In this document: positions 12,566-21,082 of the stretch, piece by piece
Layout of the letters: every line of letters starts with the position of its first letter
Position numbering within the stretch: the stretch's first letter is position 1
Origin: an uncultured Bacilli bacterium
GTDB taxonomy: Bacteria > Bacillota_I > Bacilli_A > RF39 > UBA660
NCBI GenBank assembly: GCA_934122275.1
Contig: CAKOWI010000006.1
Location: forward strand, 39,362-71,361
Direction: 5' to 3'
Length of the DNA: 32,000 bases
Notes under the pieces: generated by a model
Told to the model about the DNA's origin: nothing
Seen by the model: the letters and a program-made list of their open reading frames with translations, nothing else
The model's database searches: none
Position numbers and translations under genes: made by a program

Positions 12566-13491
12566 ATGAATTATTATGAAGAAATAAAAGATCTAATAGA
12601 AAAGAAAGAAGTAAAAGATAGTGTAAGAAGGCTTAGTTATAATAGTGATAAGTTAAAAACTTATTATGAAATAGGCAAGTTATTAGTAGAAGCACAAGGC
12701 GGAGAAGAAAGAGCAAAATATGGTAATAGTTTAATTAAAAAGTGGTCATTAAAATTAGTAGAACAATAGGTAGTGGATATAATATATCTAATTTAAAAAG
12801 AATGAGGCAATTTTATACAATAATTCAAAAAGGTGCCCCGCTGGAGCACCAATTAAATATTAGTTGGACAAATTGAAAATATTTACTTCCAATCAAAAAT
12901 GAAAATGAAAGAAATTATTACATAAATCAGTGTATTTTAAATAATTTATCTAAAAGAGAACTTGCAAAACTTATAAAAGAAAAAGCTTATGATAGACTTT
13001 CTTACGCTGATAAAAATAACATCAAGATTATAAATTCGAAAAATGAAGCTAGTTGTAGTTTAAAAGATATGCTTTTAGATCCAATTATAATAAAATCACC
13101 TGGTAGTGAACATCTAAGGGAAAAAGTACTAAAAAAATACATATTAGATGAATTAAGGGATTTTTTCTTACAGTTAGGTTCAGGATTTTTGTATGCTGGA
13201 AGTGAGTATAAATTAGATTATTGTGGTAAAAAATTTTATGTAGATATACTTTTATTTAACATTAATTTAAATTGTTATATTCCGGTAGAACTAAAGCTTA
13301 ATAGTACTAATTATAAAGATGTAAGCCAGGTTCAGTTATATAGAAACATAATAGATAACACCATAAAAAAGAAGCATCACAATAAAAGTATAGGATTAAT
13401 TATATCTAAAAGGAATGATAATTTTATATTTGAATACGTAAATGATGATGGAGTTTATTTAATTAGTTATGATTTAGAAAAAGTTATATAA
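12566..13491 (+). pseudogene. Decayed YhcG/DUF1016-type PD-(D/E)XK nuclease gene
   Basis: Three collinear pieces of one protein: MNYYEEIKDL...KWSLKLVEQ (stop 12767-12769); then, after a frameshift, GSGYNISNLKRMRQFY...ISWTN, ending at an in-frame TGA (12874-12876); then ...NYYINQCILNNLSKRELAKLI...FLYAGSEYKLDYCGKKFYVDILLFNINLNCYIPVELK (nuclease core). AAGGAG SD precedes ATG 12566. Confidence 0.75.
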
Positions 13492-13560
13492 AATTCTAAT
13501 AACTAATTAACTTTTTTATTGTATTATTGTATAATACCAAAAGAAAAGCAGGTGAGAGTT

Positions 13561-15375
13561 ATGAAATATGATGTTATAGTTGTTGGGGCAGGACATGCTG
13601 GTTGTGAAGCTGCTTTAGCAACATCAAGACTTGGAAAAAGTACACTTCTTATAACAATTAATATTGATAATATAGCAGATATGCCTTGTAATCCTTCTAT
13701 AGGAGGTTCAGCGAAAGGTATTGTTGTAAGAGAAATTGATGCACTAGGTGGAGAAATGGGACGTAATGCAGATAAAACCCTTCTTCAAATAAAGATGCTT
13801 AATCGCTCTAAGGGACCTGCTGTTAGAAGTTTAAGAAGTCAGGCTGATAAAGTAACTTATAAAAAAGAAATGTTAAAAACTCTAAAGAACACTAACAATT
13901 TAAGTATTAAAGAAGCAATAGTATCTGACCTTTTAGTAGAAAATAACAAAATAGTTGGTATAACAACTGAAGACGGAGAAACAATTTATTGTAATTCCTG
14001 TATATTAACTACGGGTACTTATTTAAAAGCAGATATATTAGTAGGAGATAAAAGAACTCCAGAGGGTCCACACGGAGAAAAAAGAGCTAATTTTTTAAGT
14101 GACAATTTAGAAAAATTAGGTTTTAAATTACTTAGGCTAAAAACTGGAACACCACCTCGTATAGAAAGATCTTCAATTGATTTTAGCGTACTTAAAAGAG
14201 AAGATGGAGATGATTGTAAGCTAACTTTTTCATTTGATGATATAGCATACTATGATTATAAAAATCAGGTGCCTTGCTATTTAACTTATACTAATTTAAA
14301 AACTCATAAAATAATTATGGATAACTTAAATAAATCTGCTATGTATGGTGGTTTTTATGAAAAATTAGGAACAGGTCCTAGGTACTGTCCTTCAATAGAA
14401 GATAAGGTAGTTCGTTTTAAAGATAAAGAAAGACATCAATTATTTTTGGAGCCAGAAAGCATGTATTATGATGATATATATTTACAAGGTTTTTCAACTT
14501 CTATGCCACACGATGTTCAAGAAGATATGGTTCACTCTTTAAAGGGATTAGAACATGCTAAAATATTAAGATATGCTTATGCAATAGAATATGATGCAAT
14601 AGATCCACTTCAATTAAAACCATCTTTAGAGACAAAGGTAGTAGAAAACTTATTTACTGCAGGTCAAATAAATGGTACATCAGGGTATGAAGAGGCCGCA
14701 GGTCAAGGTATAGTAGCGGGTATTAATGCTAGTTTAAAATTAGATAATAAAGAACCACTAATTCTTTCTAGAAGTGATGCTTATATTGGTGTATTAATAG
14801 ATGATTTAGTAACAAAAGGAACTATAGAACCATATAGATTACTTACTTCTCGTGCAGAATTTAGACTTTTACTAAGAAGTGATAATGCTGATTTAAGATT
14901 AAGTGAAAAAGCTTATAAAGTAGGATTATTAAGTGAAGAAAGACATAATAAATTATTAAATAAAATAGAAGAAATAAGAGAAATAGAAGAGGATATTAAA
15001 AATATTACTTTTCCTAAAGAAAAATGTAATTTATCAGAATATTTAAAAAGACCAGAAGTTAAAATAAGTGATTATGCTGATAAGTTAAGCAAGAAATATA
15101 GTAAGGAAGCATTAGAACAAGTAGAAATTAATCAAAAATATGAAGGATATATCACTAAAGCTAAAAAAGAAGCAGAAAAAATGATTAGGTTAGGTAAAAA
15201 AAAGATACCAGAAGATATAGATTATGAAAAAGTTGATAATTTAGCAACAGAAGCAAGACAAAAACTTGAAAAAATAAGACCAAGAACCATTGATCAGGCA
15301 ACACGTATTAGTGGTGTTAATCCATCAGATATAGCAATTTTAATGGTTTATTTAAAGAGGTTTTATAATGAATAA
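13561..15375 (+). CDS. mnmG: tRNA uridine 5-carboxymethylaminomethyl modification enzyme MnmG (GidA)
   Basis: MKYDVIVVGAGHAGCEAALA FAD-binding N-terminus, length of about 605 aa, in the conserved mnmE...mnmG-rsmG context. Start at ATG 13561 with an AGGTGAGAG SD. Confidence 0.96.
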   Translation: MKYDVIVVGAGHAGCEAALATSRLGKSTLLITINIDNIADMPCNPSIGGSAKGIVVREIDALGGEMGRNADKTLLQIKMLNRSKGPAVRSLRSQADKVTYKKEMLKTLKNTNNLSIKEAIVSDLLVENNKIVGITTEDGETIYCNSCILTTGTYLKADILVGDKRTPEGPHGEKRANFLSDNLEKLGFKLLRLKTGTPPRIERSSIDFSVLKREDGDDCKLTFSFDDIAYYDYKNQVPCYLTYTNLKTHKIIMDNLNKSAMYGGFYEKLGTGPRYCPSIEDKVVRFKDKERHQLFLEPESMYYDDIYLQGFSTSMPHDVQEDMVHSLKGLEHAKILRYAYAIEYDAIDPLQLKPSLETKVVENLFTAGQINGTSGYEEAAGQGIVAGINASLKLDNKEPLILSRSDAYIGVLIDDLVTKGTIEPYRLLTSRAEFRLLLRSDNADLRLSEKAYKVGLLSEERHNKLLNKIEEIREIEEDIKNITFPKEKCNLSEYLKRPEVKISDYADKLSKKYSKEALEQVEINQKYEGYITKAKKEAEKMIRLGKKKIPEDIDYEKVDNLATEARQKLEKIRPRTIDQATRISGVNPSDIAILMVYLKRFYNE

Positions 15376-16069
15376 AGAAGAATTTGTAAAAGAAGTAGAA
15401 AAGTTAGGTATAAGTGTAGATGATAAAATACTTAAGAGTTTAAATACTTATTATGAAATGTTAATAGATTATAATAGTCATACAAATCTAACTAGAATAA
15501 CTGATGAAGAAGAAGTATATTTAAAACATTTTTATGATAGTTTAACTCTAATTAAGGCTGTTAAATTAAATAACCAAACTCTTCTTGATGTAGGAACAGG
15601 GGCAGGTTTTCCTGGATTGGTTTTAAAAATAGTATTTCCAAATCTTAAAGTAACATTAGTTGACTCTTTAAATAAAAGAATTATATTCTTAAAAAGTGTT
15701 ATAGAAAAGTTAAATTTAAAAGGTATTAATGCTATTCATGAAAGGATAGAAGACTATGCAAGAATAAGTAGAGAATCCTTTGATATAGTAACTTCTCGTG
15801 CAGTAGCATCTCTTCCTATTTTATCAGAAATGTGCATCCCTTTAGTTTGTGAAAAAGGTTTATTTATTCCAATGAAAGCTGATGCAAAAGATGAGATAAA
15901 CTCATCACAAAATGCTATTAAAACACTAGGAGGAGTGTTAAAAGATACCATTTTATTTAAACTACCAAAGGATGCTGGTGAAAGAACTTTAGTAGTTATA
16001 GAAAAAATTAAGAAAACAAGTGTTAAATATCCTAGAAAATTTAATGAAATTAAGAAAAAGCCATTGTAA
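15368..16069 (+). CDS. rsmG: 16S rRNA (guanine527-N7)-methyltransferase RsmG (GidB)
   Basis: SAM motif LLDVGTGAGFPGLVLKI; overlaps the mnmG stop by 8 nt. Confidence 0.93.
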   Translation: MNKEEFVKEVEKLGISVDDKILKSLNTYYEMLIDYNSHTNLTRITDEEEVYLKHFYDSLTLIKAVKLNNQTLLDVGTGAGFPGLVLKIVFPNLKVTLVDSLNKRIIFLKSVIEKLNLKGINAIHERIEDYARISRESFDIVTSRAVASLPILSEMCIPLVCEKGLFIPMKADAKDEINSSQNAIKTLGGVLKDTILFKLPKDAGERTLVVIEKIKKTSVKYPRKFNEIKKKPL

Positions 16070-16082
16070 TAAAGGCTTTTTT
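16056..16082 (+). terminator. Terminator overlapping rsmG stop
   Basis: AAAAGCC...GGCTTTT stem followed by TTATT. Confidence 0.55.
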
Positions 16083-16117
16083 ATTATATCATTAGTATGA
16101 GAATAGGGGATGATATT

Positions 16118-17071
16118 GTGAATTTTAATCCGAATGATTCATTTAATAATTCAATATTTAGCTCGAATAATAGTTTAGAAAATAACAGTGCTAATACTGA
16201 TGAAAACAATAACTTATATGATGCACCACCCGTGCTTGATCAAATAAAAAATCTTAATGATGCTCCTACATATGAAGCACCATCAATGGATGCTTTAGGT
16301 TTAAATAGTTATAGTAATGAAAATATAAAACCATCTAATCCAATTGATCCGCTTGATGCCTATGAAAATAATGGTATAGATTTATATAATTTTGGTTCAA
16401 CAAGTAATAACTTAAATAATACAGCTACAAATAATGTAGAAAATAATGATTTTTCATTTCCTAAAATGGATACTAATAATCAGAATAAAGTTATACCTAA
16501 TAGTTCTTTTGAAACACCAAATAATTCTTTAAATAATACGTATAATAGTGATATATTTGATAGTAATGGGAATATCAAACAAGAAATTTTAGATAATTTA
16601 GGCATAAAAAATACTGTAACAAGTGAAGAAAAAGATAAAGATGTTCAAACAAACGAAGAAGATAATACACAAGATAATAAAGAAGAAAAAAATGAAAGTA
16701 AGGAATATGAAATAATAAATAAACCAATTTTAGATCAAGATCCTGATTCTAATATAGAAGATAAAACGGAAGATAAAAATGAATCTACTTTAAAAAAAGA
16801 TGAAGAATCTGAAAAGCAAGAAATCCCTGAAGAAGAGAATCATGATGAACTAACAGATATATCATCTCTTGGAATAGATGCTTATAATGAACCAGATTTT
16901 TTAGATATAACAGAAGATGAAGAATCTTTAAGTGAAAATGAAGATAGTATTACAAAAATAAAAAACTTAATTAGTGATCTAACAGATAAGGGTGAAAAAA
17001 TCAAATTAGAGGAATTTGATTTTGAAAATATGCATCAATTAATAATAATAATTGAAAAAGAGGAAAAATAA
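16118..17071 (+). CDS. Hypothetical highly acidic N/D/E-rich low-complexity protein
   Basis: 324-aa track ORF (16097-17071). I prefer GTG 16118 as the start (AGGGGA SD 7 nt upstream). No TM segment or signal peptide. The stop at 17069-17071 is 1 nt before the rpiB ATG. I recognise no family. Confidence 0.5.
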   Translation: MNFNPNDSFNNSIFSSNNSLENNSANTDENNNLYDAPPVLDQIKNLNDAPTYEAPSMDALGLNSYSNENIKPSNPIDPLDAYENNGIDLYNFGSTSNNLNNTATNNVENNDFSFPKMDTNNQNKVIPNSSFETPNNSLNNTYNSDIFDSNGNIKQEILDNLGIKNTVTSEEKDKDVQTNEEDNTQDNKEEKNESKEYEIINKPILDQDPDSNIEDKTEDKNESTLKKDEESEKQEIPEEENHDELTDISSLGIDAYNEPDFLDITEDEESLSENEDSITKIKNLISDLTDKGEKIKLEEFDFENMHQLIIIIEKEEK

Positions 17072-17072
17072 T

Positions 17073-17525
17073 ATGAAGATAGGTATAGCAAGTGACCATA
17101 GAGGTTTTGAAACTAAACAAAAAATGACAAAATATTTAGAGGAAAAAGGTTATGATGTAATAGATTACGGGACAAATGATACAACAAGGGTAGATTATAC
17201 TAAATATGGATTTATACTTGGTGAAAATGTTTCTAATCATAATGTGGATTATGGTATTGCAATATGTGGTAGCGCTGTTGGAATATCCATTGCATGTAAT
17301 AAAGTAAAAGGTATTAGATGTGGAAAAATTAATAGTGTAAAAGAAGCTATTCACGCAAAAGAAAATGATTTTGTAAATGTAATAGCTATTTCTGGTGAAG
17401 CTGACTTTAATTTAAACACAGAAATAGTTGCTGCTTTTTTAAATTCTAAAGAAAATTTAATTGATCCAGTATACAAAAAAAGAGTAGATCAAATAATAGA
17501 TTATGAGAGATATCATGAGTCTTAA
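17073..17525 (+). CDS. rpiB: Ribose-5-phosphate isomerase B (RpiB/LacAB family)
   Basis: MKIGIASDHRGFETKQKM...ICGSAVGISIACNKVKGIRCG, typical of RpiB. Start taken at ATG 17073. Confidence 0.9.
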   Translation: MKIGIASDHRGFETKQKMTKYLEEKGYDVIDYGTNDTTRVDYTKYGFILGENVSNHNVDYGIAICGSAVGISIACNKVKGIRCGKINSVKEAIHAKENDFVNVIAISGEADFNLNTEIVAAFLNSKENLIDPVYKKRVDQIIDYERYHES

Positions 17526-17709
17526 GCTACTACTTTATTGTATTTTTATACCAATTTGTATGTGGATTGTTACTTCAACTAATTTAGATAGATTATTTAG
17601 AAAAAATAAGATAAAGCAAATTCATTTAGCATACATAGCATTGTCATTAATTTTTTCGTATTTGATTACTAATTTCTTTATGGATATATATAATATTTTT
17701 AATATATAA
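17515..17709 (+). CDS. Small two-TM membrane protein, DUF1146/YwzB-like
   Basis: MSLKLLLYCIFIPICMWIVTSTNLDRLFRKNKIKQIHLAYIALSLIFSYLITNFFMDI resembles my recollection of B. subtilis YwzB (..LNFEKLLKKNRV.QAQLL.ILL....GS.V.NFF.DY). Its position upstream of spoIID matches Bacillus. Confidence 0.55.
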   Translation: MSLKLLLYCIFIPICMWIVTSTNLDRLFRKNKIKQIHLAYIALSLIFSYLITNFFMDIYNIFNI

Positions 17710-17719
17710 TGGTGATAAT

Positions 17720-18643
17720 ATGAAAAAGATACTGCTATTTGTACTATTAATAATTTTAATTCCATTATTACTTACAAATTTTAAGGAAGGTTTAAATACC
17801 ATAAGTAAGTTAAAATATGGGATATATAGTAATAAACAAATAAGAGTAAAAAGGCTTGAAAAAAATAGAATTGATAGCGTTAGTTTAGAAGACTATGTTA
17901 CTGGAGTAGTTGCAGGAGAAATGCCTGCATCTTTTTCTGATGAAGCATTAAAAGCACAAGCTGTTGCATCAAGAACATATGTTTTAAAGCGAATGATTAA
18001 TTCTAATGGAGATTATGATGTGGTTGACTCTGTAAGTAATCAGGTGTATTTAGATGATGATGATATGAAAAAAAAGTGGAATAATAAATATGATGAATAT
18101 TTAAAAAAAATTAAGGATGTTGTATTAAATACAAGAGGAGAAGTTATTTTATATAAGAATAACTTAATAGATGCTATGTTTTTTTCAACTAGTAATGGAT
18201 ATACAGAAAATAGTGTAGATGTATTTTCAGGAGATTTACCCTATTTAAAAAGTGTAGATTCAAAATGGGATGAAAATGAATCACCGTCGTATAAATCTAC
18301 AGTTGTTGTTTCAAAAAAAGATTTTTTATCAAAATTGTCATTTGATGTTAATAGTGATATAAAAATAAATATAGATGAAAAGACAAGTACTGGCAGAGTA
18401 AAATTTATAACTATTAATGATAAAAAATTTAAAGGCACACAAATAAGAAGTACTTTTGGTTTAAAATCAACAAGTTTTAATATAACTATAGATGATAATA
18501 ATGTAGTTTTCAATGTACTTGGATTTGGTCATGGAGTTGGAATGAGTCAGTATGGAGCAAACGGAATGGCAAAAAATGGATATAGTTATAAAGATATTTT
18601 AAAACATTATTATAGTAATTGTGATATAAAAAAAATAAATTAA
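17720..18643 (+). CDS. spoIID: Stage II sporulation protein D (SpoIID/LytB-domain lytic transglycosylase)
   Basis: N-terminal TM segment, LEDYVTGVVAGEMPASFSDEALKAQAVASRTY, FFSTSNGYTENS and GHGVGMSQYGANGMAKNGYSYKDILKHYY are hallmark SpoIID motifs. Confidence 0.85.
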   Translation: MKKILLFVLLIILIPLLLTNFKEGLNTISKLKYGIYSNKQIRVKRLEKNRIDSVSLEDYVTGVVAGEMPASFSDEALKAQAVASRTYVLKRMINSNGDYDVVDSVSNQVYLDDDDMKKKWNNKYDEYLKKIKDVVLNTRGEVILYKNNLIDAMFFSTSNGYTENSVDVFSGDLPYLKSVDSKWDENESPSYKSTVVVSKKDFLSKLSFDVNSDIKINIDEKTSTGRVKFITINDKKFKGTQIRSTFGLKSTSFNITIDDNNVVFNVLGFGHGVGMSQYGANGMAKNGYSYKDILKHYYSNCDIKKIN

Positions 18644-18691
18644 TGTATAAATTCTCTCATTTTGTTAAAACTTAAAATGAGAGGTGAAAAA

Positions 18692-19333
18692 ATGAAAAGA
18701 TTAAGATTAAAAAAGTCTGTAAAAATAACAGGTATATGTGCAATAGTAGTTCTATTCTTAGTATCGGTAATAACGATAGCAAATAATGGTACTAAAAAAG
18801 TAGTAAAGGAAGATGATAATTTTGTATATGTAAATGATTACATATTTGATAATTATTATCCAGTAGTAAATCAAGATGAAAAAATATCAAGACCATATAC
18901 TTCTGATAAGGTAAGTATATATAAAAATTTTTATGACAAGGATGCAAGTGAGGAAGAACAAAAAAATTCTTTAATTTATCATGAAGATATATATATGCAA
19001 AATTCAGGTGTTGACTATAAATCTGATGAGTCATTTGACGTAACATCAGTATTATCAGGAACTGTATCAAATATAACTGATGATGCCCTATTAGGTAAGA
19101 CAATTGAAATAAGAAGTTCAACAGAAATAATTACTACATATCAATCATTAGGTGAAATATCTGTTAAAAAGGGAGATACTGTAACTCAAGGACAAATAAT
19201 TGGTAAAAGTGGTACATGTACTTTAAATAGTGATGTAGCTAATGGATTACATTTTGAAATGTATAAAAATGGACAAGTTATAAATCCTGAAAAATTTTAT
19301 GATAAATCTTTAAAAGATTTAGAAAGTAATTAA
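18692..19333 (+). CDS. Membrane-anchored degenerate LytM (M23) domain protein, SpoIIQ-like
   Basis: Single N-terminal TM segment (ITGICAIVVLFLVSVITIA). The C-terminal LytM fold (GQIIGKSGTCTL...NGLHFEMYKNGQVINP) has NSGVD in place of HxGxD and GLH in place of HxH. Located next to spoIID. Start at ATG 18692 (GAGAGGTGA SD). Confidence 0.6.
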   Translation: MKRLRLKKSVKITGICAIVVLFLVSVITIANNGTKKVVKEDDNFVYVNDYIFDNYYPVVNQDEKISRPYTSDKVSIYKNFYDKDASEEEQKNSLIYHEDIYMQNSGVDYKSDESFDVTSVLSGTVSNITDDALLGKTIEIRSSTEIITTYQSLGEISVKKGDTVTQGQIIGKSGTCTLNSDVANGLHFEMYKNGQVINPEKFYDKSLKDLESN

Positions 19334-19334
19334 A

Positions 19335-20312
19335 ATGAGAAATAAAGATATAGGCATTGACTTAGGAACAGCTAATATACTTATTTATGTAAGAGGTGAA
19401 GGAATCGTACTATGCGAACCTTCAGTTGTTGCTGTTGATCAAGAAACTGGAAAAGTTTTAGCTATTGGTGAAAAAGCTCATGAAATGCTAGGCAGAACGC
19501 CCGGAACAGTTATCGCGGTAAGGCCTTTAAAAGATGGGGTTATCGCGGATTTTGATAAAACAGAAGTTATGCTTGATTATTTCATAAAAAAAATAAAAGG
19601 GAAAACCATTTTTAGAAGGCCTAGAATACTTATATGTTGTCCTTCAAATATAACTCAGGTTGAGAAAAATGCAATAAGAGAAGTTGCAGAAAGAACTGGT
19701 GCAAAAAAGGTATATGTAGAAGAAGAACCTAAAGTTGCAGCAGTTGGTGCAGGACTTGATATAGCAAAACCAAGTGGTAGTATGGTAATAGATATTGGTG
19801 GAGGTACCACAGATATAGCGGTATTATCATTAGATGGAATAGTATATAGTGAATCAATTAAAATAGCTGGAAATGTATTTGATTCTGATATTATAAAATA
19901 CATTAAAAATAAATATAAGTTGCTAATTGGAGAAGTAACTGCAGAACAGGTAAAAATAAAAATAGGAACTGTTCTTAATGATGCAAAGCAAAAGACAATG
20001 AAAGTAAGAGGTAGAGACTTATTAAGTGGTCTACCAAAAACGATAACAGTTAGTTCAGAAGAGGTAAAAGACGCCATAAAAGATAGTGTATCTCTTATAA
20101 TCCATACTACTAAATTAGTATTAGAAAAAATAGAACCTGAAATATCAGCAGATATAATTGATAAGGGAATTGTCTTAACAGGTGGTGGTGCATTGTTAGA
20201 AGGGTTAGATAAATTAATTGAATCAGAAATAAAAGTCCCAGTTAAAATTGCAAACAGTCCACTTACATGTGTGGCAGAAGGAACTGGTATAATATTAGAT
20301 AATTTAATTTAA
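19335..20312 (+). CDS. mbl: Rod-shape-determining actin homolog, MreB/Mbl family
   Basis: DIGIDLGTANILIYVRGEGIVLCEPSVVAV, VIDIGGGTTDIAVLSL and GIVLTGGGALLEGL are actin-fold phosphate and adenosine motifs. The paralog call (mbl) rests only on Bacillus-like synteny after spoIID. Confidence 0.9.
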   Translation: MRNKDIGIDLGTANILIYVRGEGIVLCEPSVVAVDQETGKVLAIGEKAHEMLGRTPGTVIAVRPLKDGVIADFDKTEVMLDYFIKKIKGKTIFRRPRILICCPSNITQVEKNAIREVAERTGAKKVYVEEEPKVAAVGAGLDIAKPSGSMVIDIGGGTTDIAVLSLDGIVYSESIKIAGNVFDSDIIKYIKNKYKLLIGEVTAEQVKIKIGTVLNDAKQKTMKVRGRDLLSGLPKTITVSSEEVKDAIKDSVSLIIHTTKLVLEKIEPEISADIIDKGIVLTGGGALLEGLDKLIESEIKVPVKIANSPLTCVAEGTGIILDNLI

Positions 20313-20345
20313 CGGATAATTTATTTTATTCGTTTTTTATTTTTA
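20311..20345 (+). terminator. Rho-independent terminator after mbl
   Basis: AACGGATAA-TTTATT-TTATTCGTT (one G-U pair) followed by TTTTTATTTTT. Confidence 0.65.
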
Positions 20346-20371
20346 TGATATAATAATTTTAGGTGGTAAGT

Positions 20372-21082
20372 ATGATAAATTTTATAGTGTGTGATGACAA
20401 TAGCTATGTAAGAACGCTAGTAGAATCAATTATATCAAAAGTTGCAATGCCATATGATTTTGACTACAAAGTATATTCCTTTGAAAAGTATGATTCAAAA
20501 ATGAAAGCCTTAATTCATTCTTCATCTGATATAAAGGTTTATATTTTGGACTTAGAATTACCAAATAAGAGTGGCATTGATATTGCTAATGAAATAAGAA
20601 AAGTAGATTGGGATAGTGTGATTATTATATCAACGTCTCATAACGAATTAGAGCTAAAAATTCTAAAGCAGCGCCTTCTTATTTTTGACTTTATATCTAA
20701 ATTTGATGATTATGAAAAAAGGTTAAGTGACACCTTAAATTTGATAATTAACAAAGTAGGTACAAAAAAATATTTAAGTTTTAGATCTAATAAGGAACTA
20801 CATCATCTAAATTCTGATAACATCTTATATATCTATAGAAATAACGAATCCGGAAAAACTACCATAGTCACAAATGAGGAAAAATATGAAGTAAGAGAAA
20901 GCTTATCATACTTGGTGAATAAACTAGATAAAAGATTTGTTCAATCACACAGAGCATGTTACGTTAATAGAGATAAGGTTAAGTCTATTGATTTCAAAAA
21001 TAATATAATATATTTTAATAATGGAATGAAATTAGATTACTTATCCAGAAATTATAAGAAAGGGTTAAGAGTATTATTATGA
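20372..21082 (+). CDS. LytTR-family response regulator (AgrA-like)
   Basis: Receiver domain (MINFIVCDDN..., phospho-acceptor context VYILDLELPNKSG) plus a C-terminal LytTR domain (FVQSHRACYVNRDKVKSIDF). AGGTGG SD lies upstream. The stop overlaps the kinase start (ATGA). Confidence 0.85.
   Translation: MINFIVCDDNSYVRTLVESIISKVAMPYDFDYKVYSFEKYDSKMKALIHSSSDIKVYILDLELPNKSGIDIANEIRKVDWDSVIIISTSHNELELKILKQRLLIFDFISKFDDYEKRLSDTLNLIINKVGTKKYLSFRSNKELHHLNSDNILYIYRNNESGKTTIVTNEEKYEVRESLSYLVNKLDKRFVQSHRACYVNRDKVKSIDFKNNIIYFNNGMKLDYLSRNYKKGLRVLL

Noticed and set aside
12874-12876. In-frame TGA in the YhcG-like gene as possible TGA=Trp recoding (code 4) or selenocysteine
   Set aside because: Trp is encoded by TGG throughout (for example tgg tgg tgg at 29088-29096). 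TGA terminates well-supported genes (the agrA-like gene and ORF2). The homologous position is not Trp or Cys in the family as I recall it, and the gene also carries a frameshift.
19655-20077. 140-aa ORF antisense to mbl. Similar antisense or out-of-frame track ORFs occur at 696-878, 2011-2235, 2954-3226, 3201-3383, 3812-4048, 4219-4413, 5906-6286, 7904-8135, 9670-9912, 11636-11926, 12131-12400, 15754-15951, 17136-17354, 18241-18513, 18792-19121, 23038-23277, 25354-25596, 26397-26585, 26775-27023, 29458-29870 and 30664-30903.
   Set aside because: All are nested in or overlap strongly supported conserved genes, have low-complexity hydrophobic translations typical of antisense AT-rich DNA, and lack ribosome-binding sites.
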